A stretch of DNA of 64,000 nucleotides from Octopus sinensis (GCF_006345805.1 NC_043014.1:34658001-34722000), one strand, 5' to 3'. Counted from the first letter of the stretch, positions 25,337-38,879 are shown. The notes: generated from the sequence alone by a model not told the origin. A program made the numbers and translations.

Positions 25337-25566
25337 TATTTCTTTACTTCCCACAAGGGGCTAAACATAGAGGGGACAAACAAGGACAGACAAAGGGGTT
25401 AAGTCGATTACATCGTCCCCAGTGTGTAACTGGTACTTAATTTATCGATCCTGAAAGAATGAAAGGCAAAGTCGACCTTGGTGGAATTTGAACTCAGAAC
25501 ATAATGGCAGACGAAATACCGATAAGCATTTGGCCCAGTGTGCTAACGTTTCTGCCAGCTTGCCAC
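25337..25566 (-). mobile_element. SINE family B monomer
   Basis: Reverse complement of the family consensus. Confidence 0.85.
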
Positions 25567-26600
25567 TTTGGTTTTTCTAAAATGAATAAAATAAATAAAA
25601 TTACGATGAATAAATACTTGTACATGATATACAAAATGAAAAATAATAATAATAAAGAAAGAAATGATGCCCTGATGCAATACCAGGCAGTAGCTCTCAT
25701 GGCTTCTGATCTTAACTGATTGGAAGTGTTATGTACATTGTTTTGTCTTTGTATAAAAGATGGGCTACATGAAATATTCTGCTCAATACCACAGATCTGT
25801 TTGCCAGTTGTTTGACCTTAACCAGTCAAGCATGTCCCTTGGTAGCTGACGATATGTGCATCTCTCATCATGAGCAGAATTAGTTGGAAAGCATCGTAGC
25901 TGTGTGTTGAGAGGAACTCTTTTAGTTTTAATTATTCACTTCTGGAAACATGGGTGTTTCATTCAACATCTTTAAACAACCCTTATTCAGGGACCTTTTG
26001 CACAGGATGGGTTACTCAACCAGAAGAAAATTCTAACTGGGCTCCACCTGCAAGGTGATGTGCTGTTTACTTTGATGTGGGATCACCATGTTGCGCACAT
26101 ATGGTTGTGATGCATGTGCCTGGTGTTCCTTTATCAGTCAGGTAATCATGATGGGTATATTGGTCTTTGTATATTTGTACCCCAATGTCACTTTGGTGGC
26201 ATGCACTGCTCTCTCACTCAATAATAATGACAATAATGGTTTCAAATTTTGCCACAACGGTAGCATTTTTAGAAAAGGGGGATGTGTTGATTACATTGAT
26301 CCCAGTATTCAACTGGTACTTATTATATTAGGATGAAAGGCAAAGTCAACCTTGGTGGAATAATAATAATGTAATATAAATAAAATGCCAACTGTTTTGG
26401 TTCATGACTTCTGTATATGTTTTGAATCCATTGATTAGATCTGCAGTTTAATTGCAACAAACTTTGTTAGATCCTGCTGAAATAGCCAAATTCATTGGAC
26501 ATATTTTGTCTTCTTCTGTTTTATTTTATATCCATCTATATTTGTTTTCTTCCAAGAGCCATAAGTTTTGAAGTATATCAATATTGATTTACTTAGAGGG

Positions 26601-26816
26601 TGGCAAGCTGGCAGAAACGTTAGCACGCTGGGCGAAATGCGTAGCCGTATTTCGTCTGCCGTTACATTCTGTGTTCAAATTCCGCTGAGGTCGACTTTGC
26701 CTTTCATCCTTTCGGGGTTGATTAAATAAGTGCCAGTTACGCACTGGGGTCGATATGATCCACTAAATCCGTTTGTCCCCTCTGTGTATAGCCCCTTGTG
26801 GGCAGCAAAGAAATAA
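26601..26816 (+). mobile_element. SINE family B monomer
   Basis: TSD aatattgatttacttag on both flanks. Confidence 0.9.
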
Positions 26817-27121
26817 ATATTGATTTACTTAGTAACCTCATAACATAAGAGAAAAATAGGATTTTCAAAGACCTTAAATTGGAAACTGTTGTTTCTACTG
26901 TCACACATCAGCATCATTATCGCGAATCCTTTAAGTAGGTTGTATCTTAGGAGTTTCTCCTGATTCACTTGCCTTCTTTACGTACCAGTCAGTCATTAAC
27001 AATTTTCTTTCATATCTGTTAGGTTTAGCTGGATATTCAGCATTATTATTGACCCAAATAAACGAAACCCCTCCATCATCTACATAAAAATAACAGCCCA
27101 ATATCCTTCTACAGTATATAA

Positions 27122-27520
27122 GTGTAGGAGTGGCTGTGTGGTAAGTAGCTTGCTTATGAACTTCATGGTTCCGAGTTCAGTCCCACTGCGTGGCACCTTG
27201 GGCAAGTGTCTTCTGCTATAACCTCGGGCTGACCAAAACCTTGTGAGTGGATTTGATTGATGGAAACTGAAAGAAGCCCGTCATATTAATGTATATATAT
27301 ATATATGTTTGTGTGTGTGTTTGTCTCCTCAACATCGCTTGACAACCGATGGTGGTGTGTTTACGTCCCCGTCACTTAGCGGTTCGGCAAAAGAGACCGA
27401 TAGAATAAGTACTAGGCTTACAAAGAATAAGTCCTGGGTGGATTTGGTTGACTAAAGGCGGTGCTCCAGCATGGCCGCAGTCAAATGACTGAAGCAAGAA
27501 GAAAGAGTAAAAGAGTACAT
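27122..27520 (+). mobile_element. SINE family A
   Basis: Consensus match. Confidence 0.88.
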
Positions 27521-27832
27521 TGAGATAGAAGATGATCTCTGAATAACAGACAGGAGGATCATAATCATTGATCTGCTCGATCAGTATTAACCTCAGTTTG
27601 AACAACAACTGCATTTACCTCATCGGTCTGAGATAATCTGCAAGGCTACCACCTCTGCTTGGACTAAATTGTTATTTCCCCCCACCCAGTGTTTTGTCAG
27701 CATACTCCAAACTCAAAAGGAGGGAAGCTGGCATGAAACTATTTACAAAAATATATTATTGAAGTTATTAATGGAAATTATATTCTGTGGTTTGTTAATA
27801 AATGACTACTGACGTTACCAAAATCTATCTAT

Positions 27833-28135
27833 CTATCCGCTCAGTCGAAGTCGACTCTCGGTTACTCGATGGATCAGTGTCCTCCAGCCAGTTCTATCCT
27901 GGGTCGCCTCTTTCAGATTGGCTATGGCCATTCCTGTGTCAATCTTGATGGTGTCAAGCCAGTGGGTTCTTGGTCGGCCCCTTCCTCTTTTGCCACTGAC
28001 CATTCCGAGCATGATGTCCTTCTCCAGGGATTTTCTTCGCATAATATGACCAAAATATGTCAATCTATGTTTGGTGATCCTAGCTTCTAGCGACAGTTTC
28101 GGTTTGATCTGGTTAAGAACTTCTTCAAAATACAT
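27833..28135 (-). mobile_element. RTE (BovB-type) LINE 3' coding fragment
   Basis: RLTYFGHIMRRKSLEKDIMLGMVSGKRGRGRPRTHWLD..DRTGWR. Confidence 0.88.
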
Positions 28136-29269
28136 TGAAAAATTTTTCCTTTTATTTTTCTCTTACTTGACTACAAAAAGTAATATAATTTAATTTATAT
28201 GTTGTACTTCATACTACGATGAGATTGCAGAGTCATTTTAAAAATCATTGATTTTTTTTGTATATTTTTGAGCCTTTTGTTTTCATACAGTCTATTTATA
28301 TATATATATGTATCAACATTTGAACAACTGATAGCATTTCTACTGCTAAACCAATCACTTGTGGTGTGGTTACAGAACTTTTTGTTTACAAAGACAAACT
28401 GAAGCCGGCAGAGTTATGTACCTTGCACTGTGTTAAAACATTAGTTTGAGTAATAAGAATTTTATGCTTGTGACTACGTGGTAAATGGCTCAGCAGTCTC
28501 TGGTTGTTAGTCTTCACATCTTTTTTTTAATAACTTAGAGGAAGAAGGACAGCACCCATAGCCCTTTTCAGGACTTATGACATTGATAGCAGGAAGAAAA
28601 GGGGCTGGCCTAAATACTTGCAATAGAGCAGAGTCTACTAAAGGAATCCAGTTAGATATTGGTGCTAAATTGGGTGACAGATTAAATCTGTCACTGAAGA
28701 ACAGAAATGATGTCCTTAACAGATTTTCACAGTTTCCATCCAATAAATTTTACTCACCAGGCTTTGTCAACCCAGGGCTATGGTAGATGCTTGCTCAGGG
28801 TGTTGTGCAGTGGCATCAAACTTGAATATGCAATTGCAAAGTGAAAGTCTTAACTGTGTTGCCATGCCTGAAATATTCCTAGTTCACTTGATTAAGCTTC
28901 ATTCATTAAAATAATATATTTTATCGACCCTGGAAGGAGGAAAGGCAAAGTCAGCCTTGGTAGCATTTGAATTCAGGAAGGAAAGAGCCAGAGGGCTAAG
29001 CATTTTCTCCAACATGATATTGATTCTGCTAGCCTGCAGAATATACTGTTTTATTAGAGATGTTTCTGTTCAGTCAAGTTAATATTTCAATTAAATTCAT
29101 CATCATCATAATATCTTCTATTGGAAGCTGTTGCTTCCATAGACTGAAGCTCATACTTGTGGTTTGGCTTAGTTTATATGATTAGATGCTCTTTCTATCA
29201 CTAACCACTTTATAGAGTGTAGTGGGTGCACTTTAGTGGCACTAACATTAGAGAAATTGAATAAAGGGA

Positions 29270-29580
29270 TCTTATAATAATAATGAAATTATTGTATACA
29301 GTGCTCAGGTGCACCACAACTTGTCAGACAGTGCGTATAAAGTATATGCAGTAATGTACAAATGTCTGGAAAGCGAACAGTGTATGAGTCAGATACATGC
29401 TTGAGGGGAGAAAATCAGGTGTAGTGTTGGCGAATCTCAGAAAGCATGGAAGTTTTGAAGGATGCAGTGCTCCGACAACTAACAACTGATGCTGGCAGTT
29501 TGTTCCATGCTTCAACAACTCTCAGCGTGAAAAAATGTTTCCTAAAGTCATGGGAGCTGTGCTGTTTTCTGACTGTTTTA
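29270..29580 (-). mobile_element. CR1/L2-type LINE 3' end
   Basis: Minus strand RKHFFTLRVVEAWNKLPASVVSCRSTASFKTSML, the classic CR1 C-terminal motif. Confidence 0.75.
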
Positions 29581-29889
29581 TAACTCTATGCATTCTCTGC
29601 TCAGTTTGCCAACCACTTTACAAGGATGCTGGGTGCATTTTGTGGTTCCAGTACTAAAGAGATTATCTCACTTGCCTGTCACTTCAAGGGAGTGTGCGTA
29701 GTCAGCTGACACCAGTACAGAAAAGATATTATCTTATATATAGGGCAATGAAGAAAGTATTCAGAGCTCAGACATGTAGATCAGGGAGAAAGAATTGGAC
29801 AATTAATAATCCTGATTGAAATTTTCTCTTTATCTGTTTTGTACAACTTATGGTAAGATATTGTGTTTTTTAATTTATACTTAATGATC

Positions 29890-30205
29890 GGTGGCACATA
29901 AAAAACACCATCTGAGCGTGGCCGTTCGCCAGCATCGTCTGGCACCTGTGTCGGTGGCACATAAAAAAACACCATCCGAGCGTGGCCGTTTGCCAGCCTC
30001 GTCTGGCACCTGTGTCGGTGGCACATAAAATCACCCACTACACTCTTGGAGTGGTTGGCGTTAGGAAGGGCATCCAGCTGTAGAAACACTGCCAGATCTG
30101 ACTGGCCTGGTGCAGCCTTCGGGCTTCCCAGACCCCAGTTGAACCGTCCAACCCATGCTAGCATGGAAAGCGGACGTTAAACGATGATGATGATGATGAT
30201 GATGA
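29890..30205 (+). mobile_element. RTE-type 3' tail copy, ~75 nt upstream of the CKS acceptor
   Basis: Same consensus with array units. Confidence 0.88.
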
Positions 30206-30303
30206 TTGATTGATTTGTATCAAATATTTTGTTGAATTTTATTTTTTTTTTTTTTTCTGGCACATTCTTTTTTTCTCTGAAGGTTCCTTGAAAGCTGAAC
30301 AAA

Positions 30304-30362
30304 ATGCCAGCGGATCAGATTTCCTACTCTGAGAGATATTACGATGATAAATATGAATACAG
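30304..30362 (+). CDS. CKS1: CDK regulatory subunit (CKS1/CKS2 family), coding exon 1
   Basis: ATG at 30304 reads MPADQISYSERYYDDKYEY(R), matching the CKS N-terminus (YS.KY.D..YEYR). Donor AG|GT at 30363. A strong poly-T acceptor (ctctgaag|) at 30281-30282 precedes the ATG by 21 nt. Confidence 0.95.
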
Positions 30363-30824
30363 GTTGGATAAGTACAATTACCATTTACTTTCAAAATATC
30401 CTTAATCTAGCATTAATGCTTATAGTTCATTGTTTGCATTTCAAATACTATGCTCTTGTGGGATAAAAATGACCAAGTTGAATGCTTGAATTCTTAAGGA
30501 TTCTTAAAGATGCTCTACAGTTGGACAAACAATAGTAATATCTGATGGTTGATACAGAATTATTGACACTTGAATGATACATACATGCATGTATGCATGC
30601 ATGAAATTAGGTACCCAAAACTGACTGGAAGTCTGACAGATGGACTCCACCTGTGACTTAAAGGTCCGACCTCAAGTTAAGTACCTGTAACCCTTGTATC
30701 ACTCTGAATCAGCTTGGGAATTATGCTAAGGTTACACATGTTTGAGAAATACGTAACCACATATATGTTACATTACCTAGTTGGACATGTGTCTGATCAA
30801 ACAACCTAACAGAAAGATATATCA

Positions 30825-31975
30825 TCATCATTTAATGTTCGTTTTCCATGCTGGCATGGGTTAGTTGATTTGATCAGAGCTAGTAAAGTAAATAGAGAGC
30901 AGCACCAGGTTCCAGGCGTCTGTTTCAGCTTGGTTTCTATGACTGGATGCCTTTCCTGGTGCCAAACACTCTACAGAGTGTACAGGCTGTCTTTTATGTG
31001 TCACTGGCACAAGTGCCTTTTACGTGTCACCAGCATGGATGCCTTTTATGTGTCACCACCATGGATGCCTTTTACATGTCACCAGCACGGATGCCTTTTA
31101 CGTGTCACCAGCATGGATGCCTTTTATGTGTCACCAGCACAGATACCTTTTACGTGTTACCAGCATGGATGACTTTTATGTGTCACCAGCATGGGTGCCT
31201 TTTACGTGTCACCAGCATGGATGCCTTTTACGTGTCACCAGCATTTATGCCTTTTACATGTCATCATCATGGATGCATTTTACGTGTCACCAGCACTTAT
31301 GCCTTTTACATGTCACCAGCATAGATGCCTTTTACGTGTCACCAGCATGGATGCCTTTTACATGTTACAAGCATAGATGTCTTTTACATGTCACCAGCAC
31401 GGATGCCTTTTACGTGTCACTAGTATGAGTGGCTTTTTATGTGTCACCAGCACAAATGGTTTTTACATGTCACCAGCGTTAGCCACAACTATGATTTCAC
31501 TTAGCTTGATGTGTTTTCTCAAGCACAGCAAATCACCAGAAGTCTTGGTCATTTGTCATTGTCTCCATGAAAGTCAACAACTGAAGATCATATTTCACTA
31601 CCTTGTCTCACGTCTTCCTAGATCTACCTCTTCCACAGGTTCCCTTCACAATTAGAGATCTACACTTCTTTACGCAACTTCATCATCTATACACAAGCTG
31701 TCTTCATCGATGTATATATATATATGTTTAAAGAAAAATAGTAATATTATAATAGCCATTACATGACAATTTTCCATGTCACCGGCACAGGTGTCTTAAT
31801 TACAATTTCCATTTTATTTTTATTTTGATGTTGACATACTTGACTCAATAGGTCTCCTCAAGAACAGCGGGTCACTCTACGATCCAAGGTTAGCACAGCA
31901 GGCCGTCCTGCCAGCCATGAACTCACTTCATTTGTCGAGTCTTCACAGTCACAGCATATCTCAGGGGTCTTCAAA
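30825..31975 (-). mobile_element. RTE 3' region (fragments) containing an expanded minisatellite
   Basis: Reverse complement of the (GAT)n tail and 3'UTR seen at 14600-15140; RTE C-terminal remnant at ~31540-31700. Confidence 0.7.
30990..31480. repeat. 26-bp minisatellite (ATGCCTTTTACGTGTCACCAGCATGG), about 18-19 units
   Basis: Direct periodicity; explains the overlapping MDAFYVSPAWMPFTCHQH ORFs in all three frames. Confidence 0.9.
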
Positions 31976-32858
31976 TATTTTCAGTATTTATATCCATGCT
32001 AATTTTTGATTGATTTGATATTTTTTATTGAAACATAGTGCAGATGTAAATGCTGAAAAATATTTCAACTATAAAGAATGAGATTAGATATCTCAAAAAT
32101 TATGTTATATTACTTACTTAAACCCTTTGCTTCCTATAGAGCATAAACCAGTGTTTACTTTTTTCCACTGCTCTCAACTCTGAGCCATTCTTTTTGATTT
32201 GTTTCTCAGGTCTTGTTAGTTTTGAATTGTCATTGATGCTTCTGTAACTTTGCCTTTTCCTAAGTAGGGATGTTGACCCTATGCAAACATATTTTTACCC
32301 CTGGGAAGAGGTGGTCTGTATTAATCTGACTTGTATCTTTTGACCTGTCCAGCATGGGAGATCCTACTAGGATCTTGTGCTCTGTTGGCATAGCTCTCAA
32401 GCCCATTGAAGAACATAAGCCACTTCAATGCAACAAGAACTCCACCTTGTGGTGTATAATGTTATATGGATATTATTAAAATCAGGTGTTAGAGCACCCC
32501 TTGTTTCATTTTTTACATAAAGATGACATACAAAATGAAAACAAAACACAAATTTCTATCAAGAACACTTCTGACTGACAGAACAATATCTTTACATTTA
32601 CAGAGATATCTTGAACTGGTGCAGCTTATCTTTGTTGTTTTACATTTCTCTTTAAAACAACCTATTCTTTTACTATATTTGTGTAATCAGCTCAAGTTTG
32701 TTGTAATGTGATTTTTTTTTATCTCATCTTGTATCTGTTTTAATTATCTATATTTCACCTCAAGTGTGTTTTAATTGCCTATAAATGAATGGATTTGATA
32801 GACAGAAAATAAAAGAAGCCTGTTGTATGTATGTATGTGTGTGATGTGTGTGTGTGTA

Positions 32859-33023
32859 TAGGCGTAGGAGTGGCTGTATCGTAAGTAGCTTGCTTACGAA
32901 CCACATGGTTCCGGGTTCAGTCCCACTGTGTGGCACCTTGTCTTCTACTATAGCCTCGGGCCAACTAAAGCCTTGTGAGTGGATTTGGTAGACAGAAACT
33001 GAAAAAAGCCCATCGTATATATG

Positions 33024-33057
<34 letters not shown>

Positions 33058-33300
33058 CATGTGTGTGTGAGTGTGTTTGTATATGTTTGTGTTTGTCCCC
33101 CCAACATCGCTTGACAACTGATGCTGGTGTGTTTACATCCCCATAACTTAGTGGTTCAGCCAAAGAGATGATAAAATAAGTACCAGGCTTAAAAACTATA
33201 AGTACTTGGGTCAATTCATTCAATTGAAAAATTCTCCAAGGTCGCTGCCTCACCATAGCCACAATCTAATGATCGAAATTAGTAAAAGATAAAAGACACA
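32859..33300 (+). mobile_element. SINE family A
   Basis: Consensus match, variant tail. Confidence 0.82.
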
Positions 33301-33520
33301 CAGACATACACATGATGGTTGTAAATAAGTATCACTGTCACACAAACAGGTGAAAGGTGAGTCTGGCTGTAGAAAATCTGCTTCAGTAAACTCTAACCCA
33401 TGCAAGCAAAGAAAAGAAGACATTAAAACAATGATGATGATGTATACTGTATTCCAACTGCTGTGTGTCAAACAATAACAATACAACCCACTTTTAATTC
33501 TTCTTCCCCCTTTTTTTCAG

Positions 33521-33648
33521 ACATGTAATCTTACCCAGTGATATTGCAAAACTTGTGCCCAAAAACCACTTAATGACAGAAACTGAGTGGCGTAACCTTG
33601 GAGTGCAGCAATCTCCAGGATGGATTCATTACATGGTGCATTCTCCAG
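33521..33648 (+). CDS. CKS1: CKS coding exon 2
   Basis: tttttttcag| acceptor; 128 nt in the correct phase; [42 protein letters not shown] is the CKS core; donor cag|gtttgt. Confidence 0.97.
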
Positions 33649-33926
33649 GTTTGTGTTACTGTCTTCAAAATTTCATACTCCTTATTTCCTCTTTTAATAA
33701 TTTTGTTATTTACTTTATACTACAAACAATTACTGTGTTAGTCAGAAGATATCTTATATGTTGATTACCACTAAGATTTATTGTTCATCTCAATTAGGTA
33801 TGTAATTTAATTATTTAATCAACCCACTGGTTCTTTTTTTTTTTTAATTAAAATTGTGGGTTAGTGAAAGGAGGTGTGGTGCCCATAGCCCTTGTTAGCC
33901 TTCTTAGACAGGTGAAATCAGTCAAA

Positions 33927-34157
33927 GCGGTGAGCTGGCAGAGATGTTAGCACGCTGGGCGAAATGCTTAGCGGTATTTCGTCTGTTGCTACGTTCTGAG
34001 TTCAAATTCCACTGAGGTCGACTTTGCCTTTCATCCTTTCAGGGTCGATTAAATAAGTACTAGTTACGCACTGGGGTCGATATAATCAACTTAATCCGTT
34101 TGTCTGTCCTTGTTTGTCCTCTCTGTGTTTAGCCCCTTGTGGGTAGTAAAGAAATAG
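33927..34157 (+). mobile_element. SINE family B monomer
   Basis: Consensus match; ends aaagaaatag followed by gtatt. Confidence 0.88.
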
Positions 34158-34649
34158 GTATTCAGTTTAGATACATGTAGGTTGAGGGCTCTAGTGTAGG
34201 CAAGGGCAGAATCCCAGTGGTTGCAGTTCTGAGAATTATGGACTGGATAAATATTTAGTATGGATCAAGGAGGTAACAAGAGGATGAGTGACATATAGGT
34301 CAAGTGGTCTTGAGTGAGAGAGGTGATGGAAAGATGAGTGAGTGTGTGAGAGTGTACAACTAGCTAGTTTGGAAGAGTAGAGGTCACTGTAATAGTGGTA
34401 GAAGAGGGAGTAAAATGATGCAGCATGTGAACTAGGGATTGAAGCATATTGATCAGGGAATCATTGATATGGTTTTCTTTTGAGTGTGATCTATGCTCTT
34501 AGTGTGTATGTGTGCTGCAGCAGTAGCACTGTTCTGCTGATGTGAGCATCACTCTAATGTAAGTCTTAGATGATGAGCTGTTTTGAGATGTTAGCACAGC
34601 AAATGATTCCTGTTTTGGGGATAACTGATTAAATAAGACAGTTGAGATT

Positions 34650-35517
34650 CACTTTGGTCATGACTGACCATGGGATTGCACCTAGAAAGTTACCCTCCCC
34701 GGGACAAGTCCAGGCAAGGTTGTTTATGGAAGACCAGCAGTCGCCCATGCATACCGGCCTCCCCTCTCCACGCCACCAGTGTTATCCAAGGCAAAGGCAA
34801 AGGTTGATACAGCTTCGCACCAGTGATGTCGCAACTCATTTCTATAGCTGAGTGAACTGGAACAACGAGAAATAAAGTGTCTTGCTCAAGAACACAACAC
34901 GCAGCCAGGTCTGGGATTTGAACTCACAACCTCATGATTGTAAGCGCGACGCTCTAACCACTGAGCCATGCACCTTCACTACTAACAAGACAGTAGTCTG
35001 ATCATGAATCAGGAGATGGTCTAATAGTAGTTTTGTGTAACTGACAGTGCAGTTGAATAGCACCTGCCCTACTTTGCTAGATAATTTTAGCCTCACTGCA
35101 ACTGTCCTTGATAGTCCAATTACTTTTCTTGCCTCATAGTCTTAACTGACTTATTCATCCAAACTGATGTTCAAGTTTGGCAATGTTCTGCAAATAAAAG
35201 GGTAAAAACCTCTTTTGGTCATGAGCAACCCCTCCAAGGCACAAGTCCAGGCGAAGTTGTTTATGGAAGACCAGCTGTCGCCCATGCATACTGGCCTCCC
35301 ATTTCCACGCCACCAGTGTTATTCAAAGGAAAGGCAAAGGCCGATACAGCTTGGCACCAGTGATGTTGCAGCTCATTTCTACAGCTGGGTGAACTGGAGC
35401 AATGTGAAATAAAGTGCTTTGCTCAAGAACACAACATACAGCCAGGTCCAGGAATTGAACTCACTACTTCATGATTGTGAGCCCAATGCTCTAACTACTG
35501 AGCCATGCACCTTCACA
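34650..35517 (-). mobile_element. Two SINE family C copies (34650-34980, 35215-35517) in the last CKS intron
   Basis: Both share head, core and the gaagaccagc..catgcatac tail. Confidence 0.85.
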
Positions 35518-35989
35518 TTATGCAAATACCAATTTATTAATCTCAACAATACTTTAACCACTTAATTTTAGATCCATAATTACATATTGAAGTGTTAACT
35601 TTCTGAACTGGGACTTGTTGTCTATGTCATCATCACGGTCCTTATCTAATTATCATTATCATTTATTCTCATCTTTTTATGTCTGCTTCATGCTCATGTG
35701 AGTTGGATGGGTTGTCATAGACTAAGTTCTTATTTGGTGCTACTGCTCTCTTACACTGGCTGGGGACCAATTATCATGCATATGTTCCAATTTTGGCATG
35801 TTTTCTGCTGCTGGATGCCCATTCTACCACTAATCCCTTTACTGAATGTGTCTATTGGCACCTGCTCTAGAGAGGTTCTCTGGTTCCTGACAAGACTGAA
35901 GAGGTCCTCTCTAACCTTTGTTGTCTCTGTTCATTCACCAACTACTTTATAGTGTACTGGGTGCAACGACCTGCTGTGCTTACCTTGGA

Positions 35990-37210
35990 TCGTAGGGTGA
36001 CCTGCTGTGCTTGAGGAGACCTATTGAGTCAAGTACATCAATATCGAAATAAATATCAAATGGAAATTGTAGTTATGATACCTGTGCCGGCGGCACGTAA
36101 AAAGCACCATCCAAATGTGGCACATGACCTGCTGTACTTGAGGGGAGCTATTGAGTCAAGTACATCAACATCAAAATAAATATCAAATGGAAGTAGTAGT
36201 TGCGATACCTGTGCCGGTGGCACGTAAAAAGCACCATCCGAATGTGGCCGATTCCAGCACCGCCTTGAGTGGCTTCTGTGCCAGTGGCAAGTAAAAAGCA
36301 CTAACAAATGTGGCCACTGCTAGCCTCCCCTGGCACGTAAAAAGCACCCACTACACTTATGGAGTGGTTGGCATTAGGAAGGGCAGCCTCCTGGCTTCCC
36401 AGACCCTGGTCGAACCGTCCAACCCGTGCTAGCACAGAAAACGGACGTTAAACGATGATGATGATGATGTACAAGCACTAAAGAGGTAATCTTTTCCCTT
36501 GCAAGACCAAACCAAAGAGTCCTCTCTATATTCATTCATTTACCAACACTATAGAGTTATCTTATTCCTTGACAGGTTTAAAAGAGAACTAGAGAGAGTG
36601 ATAAAGGAGAAAGTAATGAAAGAGAACAAGAGTGATAGAGGAAAAGAATAGAGAGAGAGAGAGAGAGAGCTACGAGATGATTATTGATAAAGAAATTCTA
36701 AAGGAACAAAATGAGTATCATGATGAGGAATGAGAGAGTGATATGAGGGAAGTGGGCTGATAGAAGAGGTGGTACTGTTATAGATTCCACCACTTCTCAA
36801 ACCCATTGCTTATTCAACATGATGTTTACATTTTGAAAGTAGTGATTCATAAATCTCAACATTTTCAACACTTTTAGGTTGACAATTGTATATTGCTGTG
36901 GGATTTCCAATTTAAAAAGGGTACTCGGCTAACTGGCCTCCATGCCGGTGGCATGCAAAAGGCACCATTCGAGCGTGATTGTTACCAGCATCGCCTTACT
37001 GGCACCTGTGCCAGTGGCATGTAAAAGCACCCACTACACTCTCGGAGTGGTTGGTTTTAGGAAGGGCATCCAGCTGTAGAAACTCTGCCAGATCTAGATT
37101 GAAGCCTGGTGCAGCCATCTGGTTCGCCAGCCCTCAATCAAATCGTCCAACCCATGCTAGCATGGAAAGCGGACGTTAAACGATGACGACGATGATGATG
37201 ATGATGATGT
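35990..37210 (+). mobile_element. Two RTE-type 3' tail copies (35990-36470, 36930-37210)
   Basis: Same consensus, (GAT)n ends. Confidence 0.85.
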
Positions 37211-37301
37211 AGTAGTAGTAGTAGTATGTATGTATGTATGTTTGTGCTAATAATGCATGTGTGTTCATTTAATAATTTTCTTTACTGTTATATTTCCATA
37301 G

Positions 37302-37378
37302 AGCCTCATGTATTGCTGTTTCGGCGTCCAGTGCCATTACGTGAAAAACCGCAGCATGTGAACAAGCCAGGGGAGTAA
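37302..37378 (+). CDS. CKS1: CKS coding exon 3 (terminal)
   Basis: tttccatag| acceptor; in phase (G|AG) EPHVLLFRRPVPLREKPQHVNKPG, containing the CKS EPH.LLFRRP motif. The stop is TAA 37376-37378 on my reading; if I miscounted the G run it falls about 18 nt later. Confidence 0.93.
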
Positions 37379-38879
37379 TGGCTGGATTTATGTTAAAATC
37401 TCCTGAAGATGTGTATATGTCACTTACTCACTCGGCTATCTTGCCACCATCACCACCAGTAGCACCAGCAGTCAGCTACCACAGAATTTCCCATTTTATT
37501 CTTTCAGGCTGAAATATATTTCTCCTAGTATTTAAAATTGGAACAGAGACAGTTCCTGATTTGATTCTAATCCAATAATAGCAACAGTATTGAATAAGTT
37601 TTTTTTTTTTTTTTTTTTTTCGCTTTCCAAATTAACCTTCATTAGCTTGAAGTCAAGACATCTTTGCTGGCTGCTGGTATTTTCCCTGGAAATGTTTCTT
37701 GTCATATGTTAAGTTTTTGCTAAGTGTTGTTTCACTGAATATTTTATGTTTGATCTCCATTCCTTCTTATAAAAACTGAACAAGACAAATCATATCAACA
37801 TCATACATTTTTTTTTTATATTTCCATTTTATTTCCTTTTTTTATTTGTTCTTCTAACACAGATGCTCACAACCTGTGCAGCAGCATCTCCTCAGGGCAT
37901 TATAAGCTCTCAAAGGAACAGCAAATGTCAAGGAGACACTAGTGTTTAGTAAAATTATATTTCTTTGAAATAAAATATTTAAACCAAATACAAAACTTAT
38001 ATTTTAAACCCCTTTTCAAAAGAAAATTTTATGTAAGGATTAAAATATATCAACAAAACATTGTGTTATCAATGAGTAAGAACGTGTCTGATGATGAACC
38101 AAAGTCCAAGATAATTTTGTTACATAAGTCCTTAATTTCTTTAGTAATTTTTCAAAAACTTTAATGTAGAGAGTACTAGCCCACACAAATATCTATAAAG
38201 AGGCAAATGTTGGCAGTGGCAATGCTGATGATGGTGGTGGTAAATGGCTCTTTGTAGACTATGCAACTATTAAACAGTATTCAGTGACTGAGTTTTCAAA
38301 CAGTAAAAATATATACGTTTCTCACCCATCAGCATATTTTTAAGCAGATTTCTTGAATTTTTATTCTTTTATTTCACTGGTTCCAGTAATTGGGCTGTGG
38401 TCAAGCTAGAGCACTATATTCAGGGATTTTTCCACAATCATAGTAATTCTAGCACTTATTTTAGTCTGGCATTTATTTTATCATTTGACTCAGTTACCAT
38501 TCTGACACATCACTGAAACAAGTAAAAGATAGAAGAAAATACCTATGTTCTAAAGTGTTATGCACACTCTACATTAGTGCAACTTTATCCAAATACACAC
38601 ATACATGCACATACCAGCCAATTTAGATATCCACCAACACCAAGAGCTGTCTTGATTTTAAACCAAGTGCCTTGCCAGTTTGTTTGTGATTGACTTGAAT
38701 TCTGCGAAGAAATAAACTTAAAATAAATCCCAAAGAAAAAACATACATACATGATAAGCTTCTGTCAATTAAATTTCACTCACAAAGCATTAGTCAACTC
38801 AAGGCTATGGTAGAAGACACTTTCCCATGGTGCCATTCAGTGGAATCAAGCAAATTGGAGCCATAATTATAGTATCTGA

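Noticed and set aside
28507-28786. Protein-like ORFs on both strands with a 21-bp palindrome (GTGACAGATT-A-AATCTGTCAC)
   Set aside because: The + strand resembles a decayed RTE C-terminus (RKKRGWPK..DR), and the stem does not extend to miRNA length.
30870-31655. Met/Asp/Tyr-rich repetitive ORFs superficially like reflectin
   Set aside because: They are products of a 26-nt repeat read in all three frames within an RTE 3'UTR remnant, with no reflectin motif.
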